DNA of 64,000 nucleotides, from assembly GCA_964016885.1 (NCBI GenBank), contig OZ024755.1, positions 8,432,001 to 8,496,000 of the forward strand, given 5' to 3'. The position numbers and the translations under genes are program-made. This document shows, piece by piece, positions 30,600 to 45,361 of this stretch. How positions within the stretch are numbered: position 1 is the first letter of the stretch; each line of letters begins with the position of its first letter. This DNA comes from Eledone cirrhosa (Eukaryota). The notes beneath the pieces are model-generated. The model was not told where the DNA came from. It did no database searches and was given only the letters and a program-made list of their open reading frames with translations.

Positions 30600-31450
30600 A
30601 TAGTGGTGTCAGTGGTGCTGGAGGGTGTTTGTTATAGGTGATGGCAGTGGTGGTGGAGAGTGTCTGTTAGGGGTGATGGAAGTGGTGGTGGAGGGTGTTT
30701 GTTATTGGCGATGGTGGTGTTGGAGCGTGTTTGTTATTGGTGATAGTGGCGGTGATGGTGGTGATGGTGGTAATGGTGGGGCGTGTTTGTTATTAGTGAA
30801 GGTGGTGGTTGAGAAATTCGAGATTGTTTGTTGTAGATGTTATGGCAATAGTAGTAGTGTTGGTGGTGGTGGTAGTGGTGGTAGTTGTGGTGGTAGTGGT
30901 AGTGGTGGTAGTTGTGGTGGTAGTTGTGGTGGTGGTGGTAGTAGTGGTGGTGGTGGTAGTAGTGGTGGTGGTGGTAGTGGTGGTAGTGGTGGTAGTGGTG
31001 TTGGTGGTGGTGTTGGAGGGATCTGATTGTTGACTTATAAATGATTGTGATGGCGGTGGTAGATTGGTGGCGAAGATAGTGGTAATATGAAGGTTGACAT
31101 CTGATGTTGATAGTGGTGGTGGTGGTGATGGTGGTGGGAAGTGAGGGATTGTTGACATGTAAGTGAGGCGGGGAGTTAATGGAGTAGATGATAAGTAGGT
31201 GGTAGGTTTGGTATTGGAGGTGGTAAGGGATTTACGTGATGGTGGTGGTAGTGCTGCTGTTGTGCTGGTGATGATGGTGACGCTAGTGATAGCGTTGATG
31301 GTGATGGTGACCATAATGATGCCATTGTTGATGGCCGTAGTAGCAATAGTGGTGGTAGTTTCATTATATAATACATGTTGTTTGGTGGTGTGGTGGTGGT
31401 GGCGGTGATGCTATATTGATTTAAAGGGGCTGATGGCGGTGTTATGACGA
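30600..31450. repeat. Degenerate (GGT)n/(AGT)n low-complexity region
   Basis: Direct reading; pure core at 30850-31015. Confidence 0.9.
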
Positions 31451-31919
31451 GGTAAATGTGTAGTACATGTAAAACCGGCGCCTGGGTATTTCGCACCCGA
31501 GGCAACCTCTAGAATGTACGACATCCTACATCCATTAATACACCCTGTTTTCTCAAATAAAATAATTTCTAATTAATGGTTAGAAAGCTGACAAACTTAG
31601 ACTTTGGCACTTCTTGTAATAATTAAGAAAATTACAACGCCTGCATTTTCCACTACACAACCCACACTCTCCCATGCTAAATCTTGTGACAGGTAACCAT
31701 AAAACCCTCTTCACCACTATGGATATTTCCACAAAACAGTAAAATATTCTTTATTTCATTATTAATATTAGAATATTATTACATATTTATTTAATTACAC
31801 AACTTTGCAACAAAAACTTTGACCGCTTAAAGTTTAATAATGTATTTCTCTGAGATGCTCATAGGTGTATCTGATATTTGTTGTTGCGAAGAATAGAAAG
31901 TACATATATTACCCCATAC

Positions 31920-31950
31920 CTACTACTACTACCAGTACTACTGCTACTAC

Positions 31951-32019
<69 letters not shown>

Positions 32020-32041
32020 AAGCAGCAGTAGTAGTAGAAGC

Positions 32042-32072
<31 letters not shown>
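31920..32072. repeat. (TAC)n followed by (TAG)n microsatellite
   Basis: Direct reading. Confidence 0.95.
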
Positions 32073-32073
<1 letters not shown>

Positions 32074-33120
32074 GTGTTGTTTTTGTCGTGGGATTGTTAA
32101 TTTGAAGAAGAAGAGAGGAAAAAGAATAAAAAAGTTCAGGATGAGGGGGAAATTAAGAGGAAAATTGCCAGGGAAGAAATCATTAGTGGTAAGTAGAATC
32201 GGTAATCGATCAGGAGAAATCTATAAAGAAAAAGTATTATAGTTTTAATGATATAAAGTGTTGTTTGATTTAAGCTTGACAAAGAAATGAAACTTTCCAG
32301 TCAACAACATATATTGAACTAGATGTTCTTATAGCAGTTCTTAAGGTGGCGATTTAACAAAGTCTGAGGGCGTCGTATTAAAAATGGCTACGTCTTTCTT
32401 CCGGCTCACTGCGCTCTGAGATCAAATCCCGTTTCTCTAGTCATCAACCCCACTCTCTCTCTCTCCCTCCCTCCCTCTCTCTAAATGTGTCTTTATCGGG
32501 CAGAAGTCGAAGGTGTTACACCTTGAAATGAATGGGCGATACGCAGTTGAAAATAACCAAGATATGGTATGTGTGTGGCAGGACATTATTTGTATAGTAT
32601 TTCTTATTGATGAGGTTTAAAGTAACATGCTGCTGTTGAATACATAGAAGGAGAGAGGGGAAATGAGAGAGAGGGAAAGAGAATTTGGTGTGAAAGAGTG
32701 AGAGAGAGAAAGAGAGAAACGTAGAGAGGGAGGGTGTGGATAAGGAGAGAGAGAGAGGGGAGAGGGAGAGAGAGAGAGTGTGTGTTAAAATTGAGTGGGA
32801 GAATGAGTAAAATAATAGATAGATATATAGATATCACCTTTAGTAAAGCGACTGGAGTAACATCAGATGAAGAGAAGGAAGATATGTTAGAAGATTGTAA
32901 AAGCAATGAGGGAAGACACTTCTGACTAACCTGATTCTATTGGCATTCAATTATTGCCAATGACAGAGATATTTTTAGCCAAAGTCTCTCTTCGTTCATT
33001 GACCGTTGAGACAGCTGGTTTCTATCAAAATATCACGTAGACACTCACAAACAGGCTGTGTGGATATAAATGTGTACGTAACAACACATATATATATATA
33101 GAGAGAGAGATTACATGCAT

Positions 33121-33238
<118 letters not shown>

Positions 33239-33276
33239 GTTACGTAAACATTTATATCCACATGAATACATATATA

Positions 33277-33323
<47 letters not shown>

Positions 33324-33363
33324 AATAATAATAATAATTACTATTATTATAACACACGAGTTG

Positions 33364-33427
<64 letters not shown>

Positions 33428-33428
33428 A

Positions 33429-33716
33429 GGGAGAAAAAAGATTATTAGGAAGGCAAATATATTTTTTTCCTTTATTTTTTTCTCTTTTTCTAGGTTAGAA
33501 AATATTTAAAACAAAATATTTAACTTTATGTGAAGTGTTAAGGTATTTGTTAATTTATTTATTAAATAACAATAGCATTTATTTATTTATTTATTTAATA
33601 ATTATCGATTGATAATTGATAATTATTAAATAAATAAATTAATGCTATTGTTAATTAATAAATAAATTAATAATGTTAAAAAAATATTTTTCTTCCTAAT
33701 AATCGTTTTTTTGTCC
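33429..33716. mobile_element. AT-rich fold-back element
   Basis: Outer arms 33429-33468 and 33677-33716 (GATTATTAGGAAG / CTTCCTAATAATC). Inner arms ~33550-33606 and ~33618-33670 (TAACAATAGCATT / AATGCTATTGTTA). Confidence 0.7.
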
Positions 33717-33748
33717 ATATACATATATATATATATAATATAGAAATG

Positions 33749-33797
33749 GCTTCTACAGGACTAGAATTCTTTCATTCGGGATTAATCATCAGGAAGC
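33749..33797 (-). ncRNA. Type I hammerhead-like motif (intact core boxes, damaged helices II and III)
   Basis: Minus strand GCTTC CTGATGA TTAATCCCGAAT GAAA GAATTCTAGTCCT GTA GAAGC. Helix I GCTTC/GAAGC is perfect; a TA tract follows within ~10 nt. Confidence 0.45.
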
Positions 33798-33941
33798 ATA
33801 GTTATATGCATGAGTACCTACTATGTATTAACTACCTTACTTAGTGTGGTACCCCGATTTAACCCGGGTTAAACTTATATATATATATATATATTATAAA
33901 GGAAACGAAAAATCAGTGATGCATCTGGACTTAGTTTATTT

Positions 33942-34033
33942 CCTGTTACAAATGTTTCACCGGCATGTAGCTCCAGTCATGGTCCTTGTATGGATCTGGC
34001 TGATTCAACTTCTGCGGGTTCTTTCAGACACGG
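33942..34033 (-). ncRNA. Type I hammerhead-like motif with long helix II, in a TA-anchored insert (33895-34110)
   Basis: Minus strand CCGTGT CTGAAAGA ACCCGCA...TGCCGGT GAAACA TT TGTA ACAGG AAATAAA. Confidence 0.5.
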
Positions 34034-34122
34034 GTGTTACGTCCGGAGCAAATTTTATCACAATTTTGGCATACCGCCTATTGAAGCACCATAGCTACCA
34101 CTATACACAACTATATATATAT

Positions 34123-34293
34123 ATTAAAATAACAGATTAAAGTTTAAGCAAAGAATCGCTGCTTTCACCCTTAACGGGATCTTCTGAAACTAACCAAGTC
34201 AATCTGTGAACGCAGAAGTGAATATTTCAAAAAACGTTGCAACCGGAGGAAGGCAAGAAGACGACACTTTGGTTCGTGGAAACGTTCCCTAGC
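34123..34293 (-). mobile_element. Family A copy 5 (hammerhead-like motif 34141-34191)
   Basis: Highly similar to 743-890; TA tracts on both sides. Confidence 0.8.
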
Positions 34294-34510
34294 ATATATA
34301 TATATAATATGCGTGTGTGTGTAAACAAACATCCTGTGGGAAGTTCGAACATTCGATTTTACGAAGCGCTGAAGGAATGAATTTTTTAATAGATGCTGGG
34401 TGCTCAGTCGCACAACATATTTGCAATTAAAGTTAGTTGGTAACATTTATAAAGCTATTTTACAGCGACTGACGGTAATTACAGTCATTTACTGGGCTTG
34501 GGGCATCTCA

Positions 34511-34571
<61 letters not shown>

Positions 34572-34986
34572 ATATGTCCTCAGCCGCATGGCTGGAACAG
34601 GTAAAAGAGTAATAGAGTATATGAGCATCTGGTTTATTCTAGTGAGTGTCTGACATCAGGTCAGTCTCATTGGATTTATATTACCGGAGATTATATTTAG
34701 TTGGTTATACTCATTATATGTGGGTGGATGGCAATTATATTATGAGGTATTAGTCGTTGCAGGATATAAAAACTGCGTAATAAGACGGCTGTTGCCGGAT
34801 GACGTTGGTCGCTTCCCTACCGACAACTGCATTGGTTTGGTGTAGATTTTATTACAAATTAATGCATAGCGGTCATAATGTACGATAGAGAGAGAAGGGA
34901 GCAGATGATAGATATATAGATGATGCATATAGAGATAATTGATAGATAGAGAAAATATATCGATCAGTTGATGGATGATGATAATA

Positions 34987-35097
34987 ATTGTTTCTACATT
35001 TGGCACACGGCCAGCAATTATCCCAGTGCATTACTGGTACTTTATTTTATCGACCCCGTAAGGATGAAAGGCAACGTTAACCACGGCGGGATTTGAA
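34987..35097 (-). mobile_element. SINE 3' half (young family)
   Basis: Reverse complement from tail to B box. TSD GATGATGATAATA at 34974-34986 and 35099-35111. Confidence 0.9.
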
Positions 35098-35370
35098 TGA
35101 TGATGATAATAGCCATAACATATATACCCTCTTACACAGTCAAATATATTCACAAACGTTACATTAATAATTTCCTATACATGCACAGATATACACTATC
35201 ACATATACTTCCACTCACAAACTAACACTCTCACACACATACACACACACTCACACAAATAATCACTATCACGCACATTCACATATAACCACATAAATAA
35301 ACACATTACAGCCTCATACACACACTATCATACACATTGAAACAATAACACATATACACACATACACTAT

Positions 35371-35446
35371 CGGCGGGATTTGAACTCAGACCATAAAGGG
35401 CCGTAACTCTTTTCTGCAAAGCATGGCAACCGACCCTCTACCGATA
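35371..35446 (-). mobile_element. SINE 5' half (young family)
   Basis: CGGCGGGATTTGAACTCAGACCATAAAGGGCCGTAACT...GACCCTCTACCGATA. Confidence 0.85.
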
Positions 35447-35715
35447 AGTATCTGAGTATTCCACAAATACGAATATTAATTGTATTCCAAAGCCAGATCA
35501 GTACGATCTATGACCTAACAATAGTACAATATATGACCTAACTGGCCCTTTGAATGAAAAGTACAATCAATCTATTCGAGGGGCTTCTACACATTATCCG
35601 TCTACCCAATTTTACTCACAAGGCTTAGGTCCACTCACGCTTGAATTTCATGCGATACAGGAGAATCGAAATTGAGGCCTCATGAATGCAAACCAAAATG
35701 TTAACCACTCAGCTA
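35447..35715 (-). mobile_element. Old degenerate SINE
   Basis: CTGAGTATTCCACAAATAC...GGCCCTTTGAAT...GGGCTTCT...CCGTCTACCCAATTTTACTCACAAGGCTTAGGTC...TTAACCACTCAGC. Confidence 0.55.
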
Positions 35716-35980
35716 TTTCTACTATAACTTTACATCATAGATCTTTGCAGTAAATCTGCACAACAGATATCGGTACCAATTCAAGACCTTGCCAAAGGGA
35801 AACCTCTGTTTATAGATAATTATAAGGTTGTATAATTATATAGAGGGCCAAAGGTTTTATATATAATTATACACCTGTACAAGTTAAGAGTCTTGTTAAA
35901 AGATACAGCAGTTGTTTGTTGCAGAATAGATTTCATCTTCCGAGATTAATTGGTGTGTGTGTGTTTGGGTGCTTGGATGA

Positions 35981-36016
<36 letters not shown>

Positions 36017-38422
36017 TGTGTGTGTGTATCTATATATGTTTCAGCGTATGGGTGTTTATACGGGAGCGTGAAACTTTGTGAGTTTGGGTGTAAGTGTGTG
36101 GAAGGTTGCCTGTTTAAGTGTTTGTGTGTGTTGGTGGATATTTATATATGTGTAGGCATTTGTACCGTAATCTGTTTTTTTTCCTATTTACTTATTAGTC
36201 AGATAGGAAAAGACAAGGTTAATTGCGATGTTTAGGTCCCAAAAGAATGGAGAGAGAGAGAAAAGAAATATTTTGAGTGTGAAAGAGAAAGGATTCTTTT
36301 TTAACTAAAGACGTGACTCAAATGTACCAAAATCTGACACCCAGAGAAGGTCACTGTGGAATTTGAATTTAGAATACAAAAAAACTGGACAATATCAAAA
36401 TATATCTTTGTTGACATCCCAACAATTCTGCCAATCCACTTCTCGAGCTTTTTCTGTGGTTTACAGGATGAAAGTGTAATAGAAAATACGATAGACACGT
36501 AAAAGCGGCGCCTCTTCGATTCCCTCAGGAATTACGGAGCATGCATACACCTATTTTATTACCTCATGATCCAAGTAGACATAATGATGTTGGGTAGACA
36601 CACAGTTCTACACACTTCAGTAAATCTGATCCAGTATAGAAACAATAATATACACCACAGAAACACTGGTAGAGTCTAGACATGCAATACTGTGCACCTG
36701 GTGCCGTATGTGAACACAATTCTTCATACGCTTCAGAAATACAGTATAGTAACTCAATTTTACATTAGTAAATAACAATACACCAATCTCCTGGGAAAAG
36801 TGGTGTATTATAGAAACAGAATTCTACACCAGTAAACGACAATATTACACACACGATATCCAAAATTATGCAGTATAGAAACAAAATTTTACGACAGCAA
36901 ATGAGAGTATTAGAAGCACCCTAGGAAAGCTGGAGCAGTCAGGATGACGAAGGTTCATTAAGTGGTGCCAGAAAACTAACAAATTTGAAAAGTTATCTTG
37001 TTGGAAAGAAAATAATTATTGCAAGAAAAAAAAATCCCACACCATGGGGCATGGTAATTAGTATAGAACTGCTTTATGAATTGATTAAGAAAGCTAGACT
37101 AATTAAGAAAGCAGAATGTATGGCACCACGAGACGTTAAGAAGACAACTATTACAAAAGCAGAGAAATCTTAAGAAAAAATACAGAAATATACATAAATA
37201 TAAATGTATAGGCGGAATCAATGCAGAGGTGTAAATATATTAGAAGTAATATTTTCTGTTCAGAGAGACCTAGTGAGAAAAATCTTTACTAGCGTGTTTA
37301 TACACAAAACTATTCGCTCACAATTATACGAAATATGTAGGACAAATAGTCATTGATTTGATATGTGATTGTTTTGTGTTATCCCAGAAGGATATAAAAC
37401 AGAAGATATGACAATAAAACTGGGATAGTAATCATGAAAATTATAAATTACGAAAGGAAGAGAAATGTATGAGCACTAACATTCCAGTTTAAAGACATCG
37501 AAATCATTTGGGGATTTACCACCATGTAGACATGCTAAGAATAACGAGCTAAATTGTACTGGATAGAATTTGAAAAAAATGAGAGATTTCTTCAGGTAAT
37601 CGAACCCATGACCTGACTCGAGTCCAACTACCTGACTATTAGGCAATATACGTTCCCTCTATTGCAACATAATGAATAGCATAGTTAGGCATAGTTAGTT
37701 TCCATGACATTTAGAAGTAATATAATTTGTATAAATATAAGTATAGTGAAGTAGGTATCAAGTGCTCAGTTGAATTGTCTGCGTTTCAGATTTTTAAGCC
37801 AAAATATAGTGGGAAGTAGTCGCGAATATTATTGTAAATTAACATTCATACAGACATTTGAATACACGAGAATGGGAAAAAAGACTATTATTAACATATC
37901 AAATATATTTCACCAAATAAAGATGGTAACAAACAAACATAAATATTGAAATATGTGACAATGATAAAACGATTTGCAACCTATATAGAAGTCACTCATA
38001 ATAACATGTTATATGCAAGCCGTATAATTTTGATGTCAGATGAGATATGCAAAAACTGTTAAAACGGTGCGTTTATATATTACAATATAAGATATGTATG
38101 ATAATATAAATCCCCTTCTGTATATTCTAGAATATCGAAAATACTTCACTAGATTGCAAATTTACGTAAACATAATTTTCAAAATAGACGAAATGAGTGG
38201 AAAGCCTTCAGAAAAGATCGATTTGTCCGATAACGGTTCTCGTAATCAGATGTATATCAATGGAATTAAAACTAGATTCACGTCACAGCATCAAATAAAT
38301 TATGTTTTATCGTAGACGCCATGTTTTGCATACTGATATACTTTCAAATGTTGCTGCACGCCTGCAGAAACGGACATATATTTAGATTTTTAAATCCGAT
38401 AAAAATATAGATACTTCATATA

Positions 38423-38470
<48 letters not shown>

Positions 38471-38534
38471 TGTATATGTACATATGTATATATTTGTTAT
38501 AACGACTTGCGATCCTACATTTATTCACTTTGCT

Positions 38535-38565
<31 letters not shown>

Positions 38566-39546
38566 CTGTGTGTGTATGTGTGTGTGTATACATGTATGTG
38601 CAGCTGCGTTATGTGTTTGTAGAGGGGTACAACAAGAAATATCTATCCAATTATCTTTATATGACACTATATTTATATTTCATATATATATAGTTCAAAT
38701 ATATATATATATATATGTAATTAATTTTTGTATTTCACTTAAAGGTCAAAAGAAATTATGTTTCATTGGTGGAATTAAAGCTTCGTCAACAATATAGAAT
38801 TATTTAATAGGATTTAGAAAAATCTTGCAGATGTTTACTGTAACATACACACACACATACATACATACATACATGTACATAAGCATATATATACAGGCCC
38901 ACCTTCACAAAAACAGACACATACACCAGATATATGCATGTGAGTGTGTGTATATGTGTGTGGATTGGGGAAAGTTTGCATTTGGAAATGATAAACAAAG
39001 TGTGTATATTTGATTATAATATGAAACATCTAAGATTGTCACTGTGGCTTACATGTATCAGAAGGCTTGAAGATTAGGAAACGTGAAGTTTAAATTTATT
39101 ATTCAAGACGTTTCAGATTATCAATACAATACAAAGTAGCGGAGGTTCAATTTAGTAACAAGTATCCACATTTCATAGCTAATGTGGAGGGCGAGAGAGA
39201 TGGAGGCGATGACAGGGGAAGTTCGGCTCTTCCACGTTCGAACCATATCCGTGTGGTTGTGTTTATTATCTATATATACGTCATTACGATGGCGGGGAAG
39301 ATAAGGTCTCGTCTTTGTTATAGAATATCAACAATAACAGCTCCTAGTGCCAAAGTCACAATTGCTAATGACAACGCAGTTCTTCCTATTAATGGAAGCT
39401 ACACAATATTTCAGCAACAGAGACATTTTACTTTTCTTTATCACTTCTCGCATTTTTCCCTTTGTCTATTTTACCCCTCTCTCTTTCTCTCTATCCTTCA
39501 CCTGCTCCTTTTCGCTTTCTCTCTAATTTTTGTTTTTCATATATAA

Positions 39547-39676
39547 TTGTTTCTACTTTTGGCAAAATGCCAGCACTATATCCCAGGGCATTACTGGTTC
39601 TTTATTTTATTGACCCCGTAATGATGAAAGGCAAAGTTAATCTCGACCCTCTACCGATACTCCCAATCCACCACCT
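39547..39676 (-). mobile_element. SINE (young family) with an internal deletion removing the B box
   Basis: ...GGCAAAGTTAATCTCG is joined directly to ACCCTCTACCGATACTCCCAATCCACCACCT. Confidence 0.85.
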
Positions 39677-40521
39677 ATCTCATATATTATGTGTATCAGA
39701 CATAAAGACATACATAAATGTATTCAGACTGACAGACAGACATACATAATTACCTTATTAATGTCTAAATTCCAATGAAGGAGCCTTGTTTCACTGTGAG
39801 AAACCTGCTTTCTCATTATTGGTCAGAAACAGGGAAAAATATTAAAACCAGTTGAATATAAATATAGATAGGTTAACTGACTGACTAACAGACAGACAGA
39901 AATTCTGAAGATATACAGAAAGAGTAGTTACATAGGCAATAAGATAGACATTACCAATCAGGGAGTAACATAAAGAGACGGAGTGAGAGGGGTAGTGAGA
40001 TAGCTCACGGGTGTGTGAGATTGCTATATATACAAGCATAGATACAGATAGTGAAAAGTACAGTGACAAGAAGCTTCTGCATTGTTATCGTCATTAGAAA
40101 TAACCAGAACTCCGTTATCTTATACAATGATTTGAAATGATTTTATTATTCAACACATTAGAATAACTTCGCAGTTATATAGAACTATTTTCATTTAACA
40201 GAACGTTATCGAAGAGAAAATTATGGCGAAGTCAGCCAAACAGCTTCATAAAATATCTTATCAAATTTAAAGTGTGATTGTCTGATTGAATAAAATCAGT
40301 CTATTATTACGTGAAAGTGTGTTGAAATATCAGTTCCTTCTCAGAGCAGTTTCGTTAACAAGTAATTATTAATTAATTGCAATTTAATTAGTATTACAAT
40401 AGGTTTGCATTGATTGTGCCTGTAGACTCGCGTGTTTTCATTGTGATTGTGAAAATTGCAGTATAATCAACCATTCATATCATTTGTACTTAGATTTTAA
40501 ATGTGTCCCTTCAAACACGCA

Positions 40522-40738
40522 AACATAAATATATATATATACATATATATAAATATATATACATATATATAAATATATATACATATATATAAATATATAT
40601 ACATATATATAAATATATATACATATATATAAATATATATACATATATATAAATATATATACATATATATAAATATATATACATATATATATATATACAT
40701 ATATATAAATATATATACATATATATAAATATATATAC

Positions 40739-40773
<35 letters not shown>

Positions 40774-40794
40774 CATATATATAAATATATATAC

Positions 40795-40841
<47 letters not shown>

Positions 40842-40900
40842 CATATATATATATACATATATATATATACATATATATATATATACATATATATATATAC

Positions 40901-40931
<31 letters not shown>

Positions 40932-41298
40932 CATATATATATATACATATATATATATATACATATATATATATACATATATATATATACATATATATAT
41001 ATACATATATATATATACATATATATATATACATATATATATATACATATATATACATATACATATATATATACATATATATATATACATATATATATAT
41101 ACATATATATATACACATATATATATACATATATATATATACATATATATATATACATATATATATACACATATATATATACACATATATATATACATAT
41201 ATATATATACATATATATATACATATATATATATACATATATATATATACATATATATATATACATATATATATATACATATATATATATACATATAC

Positions 41299-41329
<31 letters not shown>

Positions 41330-41390
41330 CATATATATATACATATATATATATACATATATATATATACATATATATATATACATATAC

Positions 41391-41421
<31 letters not shown>

Positions 41422-41446
41422 CATATATATATACATATATATATAC

Positions 41447-41477
<31 letters not shown>

Positions 41478-41506
41478 CATATACATATACATATAAATAT
41501 ATATAC

Positions 41507-41545
<39 letters not shown>

Positions 41546-41628
41546 TATATACATATAAATATATACATATAAATATATATACATATATATATACATATAT
41601 ATATACATATATATATATACATATATAC

Positions 41629-41659
<31 letters not shown>

Positions 41660-41932
41660 CATACATATATATATATACATACATATATATATATACATAC
41701 ATATATATATATACATACATATATATATATACATACATATATATATATACATACATATATATATATACATATATATATATACATATATATATATACATAT
41801 ATATATATACATATATACATATACATATATACATATATATATATACATATATATATATACATATATATATATACATATATATATATACATATATATATAT
41901 ACATATATATATATATACATATATATATATAC

Positions 41933-41977
<45 letters not shown>

Positions 41978-41992
41978 CATATATATATATAC

Positions 41993-42069
<77 letters not shown>

Positions 42070-42212
42070 CATATATATATATACATATATATATATACAT
42101 ATATATATATACATATATATATATATACATATATATATATACATATATATATATACATATATATATATACATATATATATATACATATATATATATACAT
42201 ATATATATATAC

Positions 42213-42267
<55 letters not shown>

Positions 42268-42422
42268 CATATATATAAATATATATACATATACATATAT
42301 ATATATACATATACATATATATATATATAGAGAGATATATATACATATACATAGATATATATACATATATATATATAGATAGATATATATACACATATAG
42401 ATATATATACACATATGTATAT

Positions 42423-42467
<45 letters not shown>

Positions 42468-42528
42468 TAGATATATATACACATATATATAGATAGATAG
42501 ATATATATACATATATATATATATATAG

Positions 42529-42593
<65 letters not shown>

Positions 42594-42778
42594 GAGATAG
42601 ATATATACAGATATATATAGATAGATATATATATACATATATATATATATATAGATAAATATATACATATATATATATACACACATATATATATATACAC
42701 ATATATATATATACACATATATATATATATACACATATATATATACACACATATATATATATACACACATATATATAT
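40522..42778. repeat. ~2.25-kb (TA)n array with periodic CA/AA/GA interruptions
   Basis: Direct reading. Begins with tandem 20-bp ACATATATATAAATATATAT units. Confidence 0.95.
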
Positions 42779-43031
42779 GAGGGAGAGAGAGAGGGGGGAG
42801 AGATAACCAGATATAGATTTTTGACATCAAAAGTGGGTAAATACATTTGAGTTATTTATAACACACACACACACACACACACACATATATGTATATGTAT
42901 ATATATGTATATGTGCGCGCGTGATTCTATAGACGTATATACAAGTATATATATGTATAATTACTTGCAAACAGATACGTTCTGATTATCTATGTGTATA
43001 TGATGTGTGTGTTTGTGTGCGAGTGTACATG

Positions 43032-43073
<42 letters not shown>

Positions 43074-43076
43074 CTA

Positions 43077-43169
<93 letters not shown>

Positions 43170-43527
43170 GGTTCAGTGAAATAAGTGTCAACAGATTGTT
43201 TCCTCAATTTTCCTGATATGAGCTGCATCTTTCATGATAATCAGCAACTTGTTAACTACCTACGGTAAACATATTCTTCTAAATCAAGTGTACTGAATTA
43301 CAATTGTTAACACATACGCCCGCACGCATTTTCTTTCGACTTCGTTTTGTGCAAACACAGAGCACACCTTTTTTTTTATTCTTATTCGATAAGGTCTCAG
43401 CTACGCCAGTTTTCTTTAACACCTGTCTAAAAATAGATACTACACCCTCCGCTAAATATCTTCTCTTTCTTCCATTCCTTTCCTTTATCTGTTTTCTTTC
43501 ACACAATTTTTTTCCTCTCGTGTCCAC

Positions 43528-43573
<46 letters not shown>

Positions 43574-43953
43574 CGTAGGACTGTAGTCCAAACTAATTTT
43601 TTTGTTCTATTTTCATCTTTCTATATACGTTTTTATTCTCCTCTGTATCTTTTATGTTTTGCTTTACCATTTCCAATGAGGTACACGATTTGAGCGTACA
43701 CAGACACACTCACACACACACACACATTATATATATATATATATATATATATATAACAAATGGTTTATAAAGCATAATTGCAAACGAATCGAAGAATATT
43801 GTTAATATTCGAAAGACTTTACATTTATATATATATATATATATATATATACTTGCACATATACATACGGACATACATAAATACATGCATATGTACACAA
43901 ATGCATGCATTCGTTCATGTATGTATGTATGTATGTATGTATGTATGTATGCA

Positions 43954-44033
<80 letters not shown>

Positions 44034-45361
44034 TGCATGTGTGTGTGTGTGTACATGTGAGTCTTCGTACATTGTAACAGACCAGATATTGACACACCAG
44101 AAATTCAGTCTGTCAGAAATATAATACATAGAAATAGCTGGGTAGAGAGATAAATTGGATTAATTAATACTTTGGCTTATTGATTTATTGATTATGTTTG
44201 ATGGATCGGTTGTTTAATTGAGATATTTGAGGTGATCAGAATTTGTATCGGCCGAGAATAATCAATGTTGATCAAATCGTTTAACACTTTCGATGTCTCG
44301 AAGAGAACGCTCAAGATGATTAGCTCGTTCAATGCGTCAACCAGAACAGGCGAATATTTCCAAACAAATATCGTTGTTCATGTATAAAATGAGTTAATTG
44401 AATTATATAATCATTGTCAGCTGTGGTTATGTAAAACCCCAGAAATCAATTCTTAGATTATATTATTTAATCTTTCCTGTCTTTAATAAACATGTTTGCT
44501 GTTTAGTCTGCAAATTTGAAAACTCGTTTGAACGTCGGCTTAAATACACCAATATGTGTTCTGGTTCTCCGCGTTCTGAGTCCAGATACCATCAAGCTTT
44601 TCATACATAGCTTTTCATGATTTTGGGGTTTATAAGTGAAGTACGTTTCTAAGGGCGGTGGTTTGCTCGTATTTATAAGGAATCTGACAAATTGATTTGT
44701 GGTAAAGCTCCCAATTATACAATCTAATTACAAATCACGTATCCACCTGTGAATATAGTATCGGCGATGGAAAAAGGAATGAAACAGTATTATCGGTCCC
44801 ATCTGACAATCAGCTCCTCTCTTCACTTTCATTCTTTTGCTGCTAAGTAACGGATTATTTCTTATTCGTCGACGAAGCATAGCTGACTAGTCAAGTGAGT
44901 AAGTATTTTCAGAATAGTGTCGCGTGAAATTGTGAAGATTGAAACTCTGTAGTAACTCGGTGGAGCAATTCTACCAATAATTCAAAAGTCTAGGTTTATT
45001 AGACATTTTATCACACCGATTCTGATTAAGAATTACCTACCCAATGTTTCAGGTTACACATTGCACCATACCCACCTGAAAACAAGAGGCATTCGAATAG
45101 TGACTTTTCTTCAGGTGCTAATATGAGTTAAAAGTAAATTTTTTCTAAGACTGCATGTTTACGAAAGATAAAGTCACAAAACAAATGGAAATAACACCAG
45201 GATGTCAATATGAATAATGCGATCAATCACATGTTTGTGTTCGAATACTATAGCAGAAGTATTGATTTATGTGGTGGAATGTAAGAGACGGAAATATTTA
45301 TTAACGTATATAGTATAGAAAGTGGATTGTATTAAGTAAGTACAAGAGAGAAAGAGAAGTA

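Noticed and set aside
31476-31506. GC-rich hairpin resembling a Helitron/Helentron end
   Set aside because: No matching second terminus or paralogue in the window.
30625-32242. Poly-G/V/T/S ORFs
   Set aside because: Triplet microsatellites with no domain, no splice context and overlapping frames.
36590-36900. Recurring CAGTATAGAAACA-like motif
   Set aside because: Looks like a very degenerate minisatellite with irregular period; no further structure could be supported.
36900-37560. Possible decayed LINE ORF
   Set aside because: Purine-rich with only vague RT-like words; not supportable without a profile search.
39184-39420. Promoter-like motifs (TACGTCA, GATGGCGG) and a 120-aa ORF
   Set aside because: Short motifs expected by chance, no downstream gene recognised, and the ORF ends in CT-rich low complexity.
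43785-43822. Hairpin followed by GAAAG near a TA tract (hammerhead-like)
   Set aside because: Core is scrambled (TCGAAGA) and helix I is absent; not counted among the candidates.
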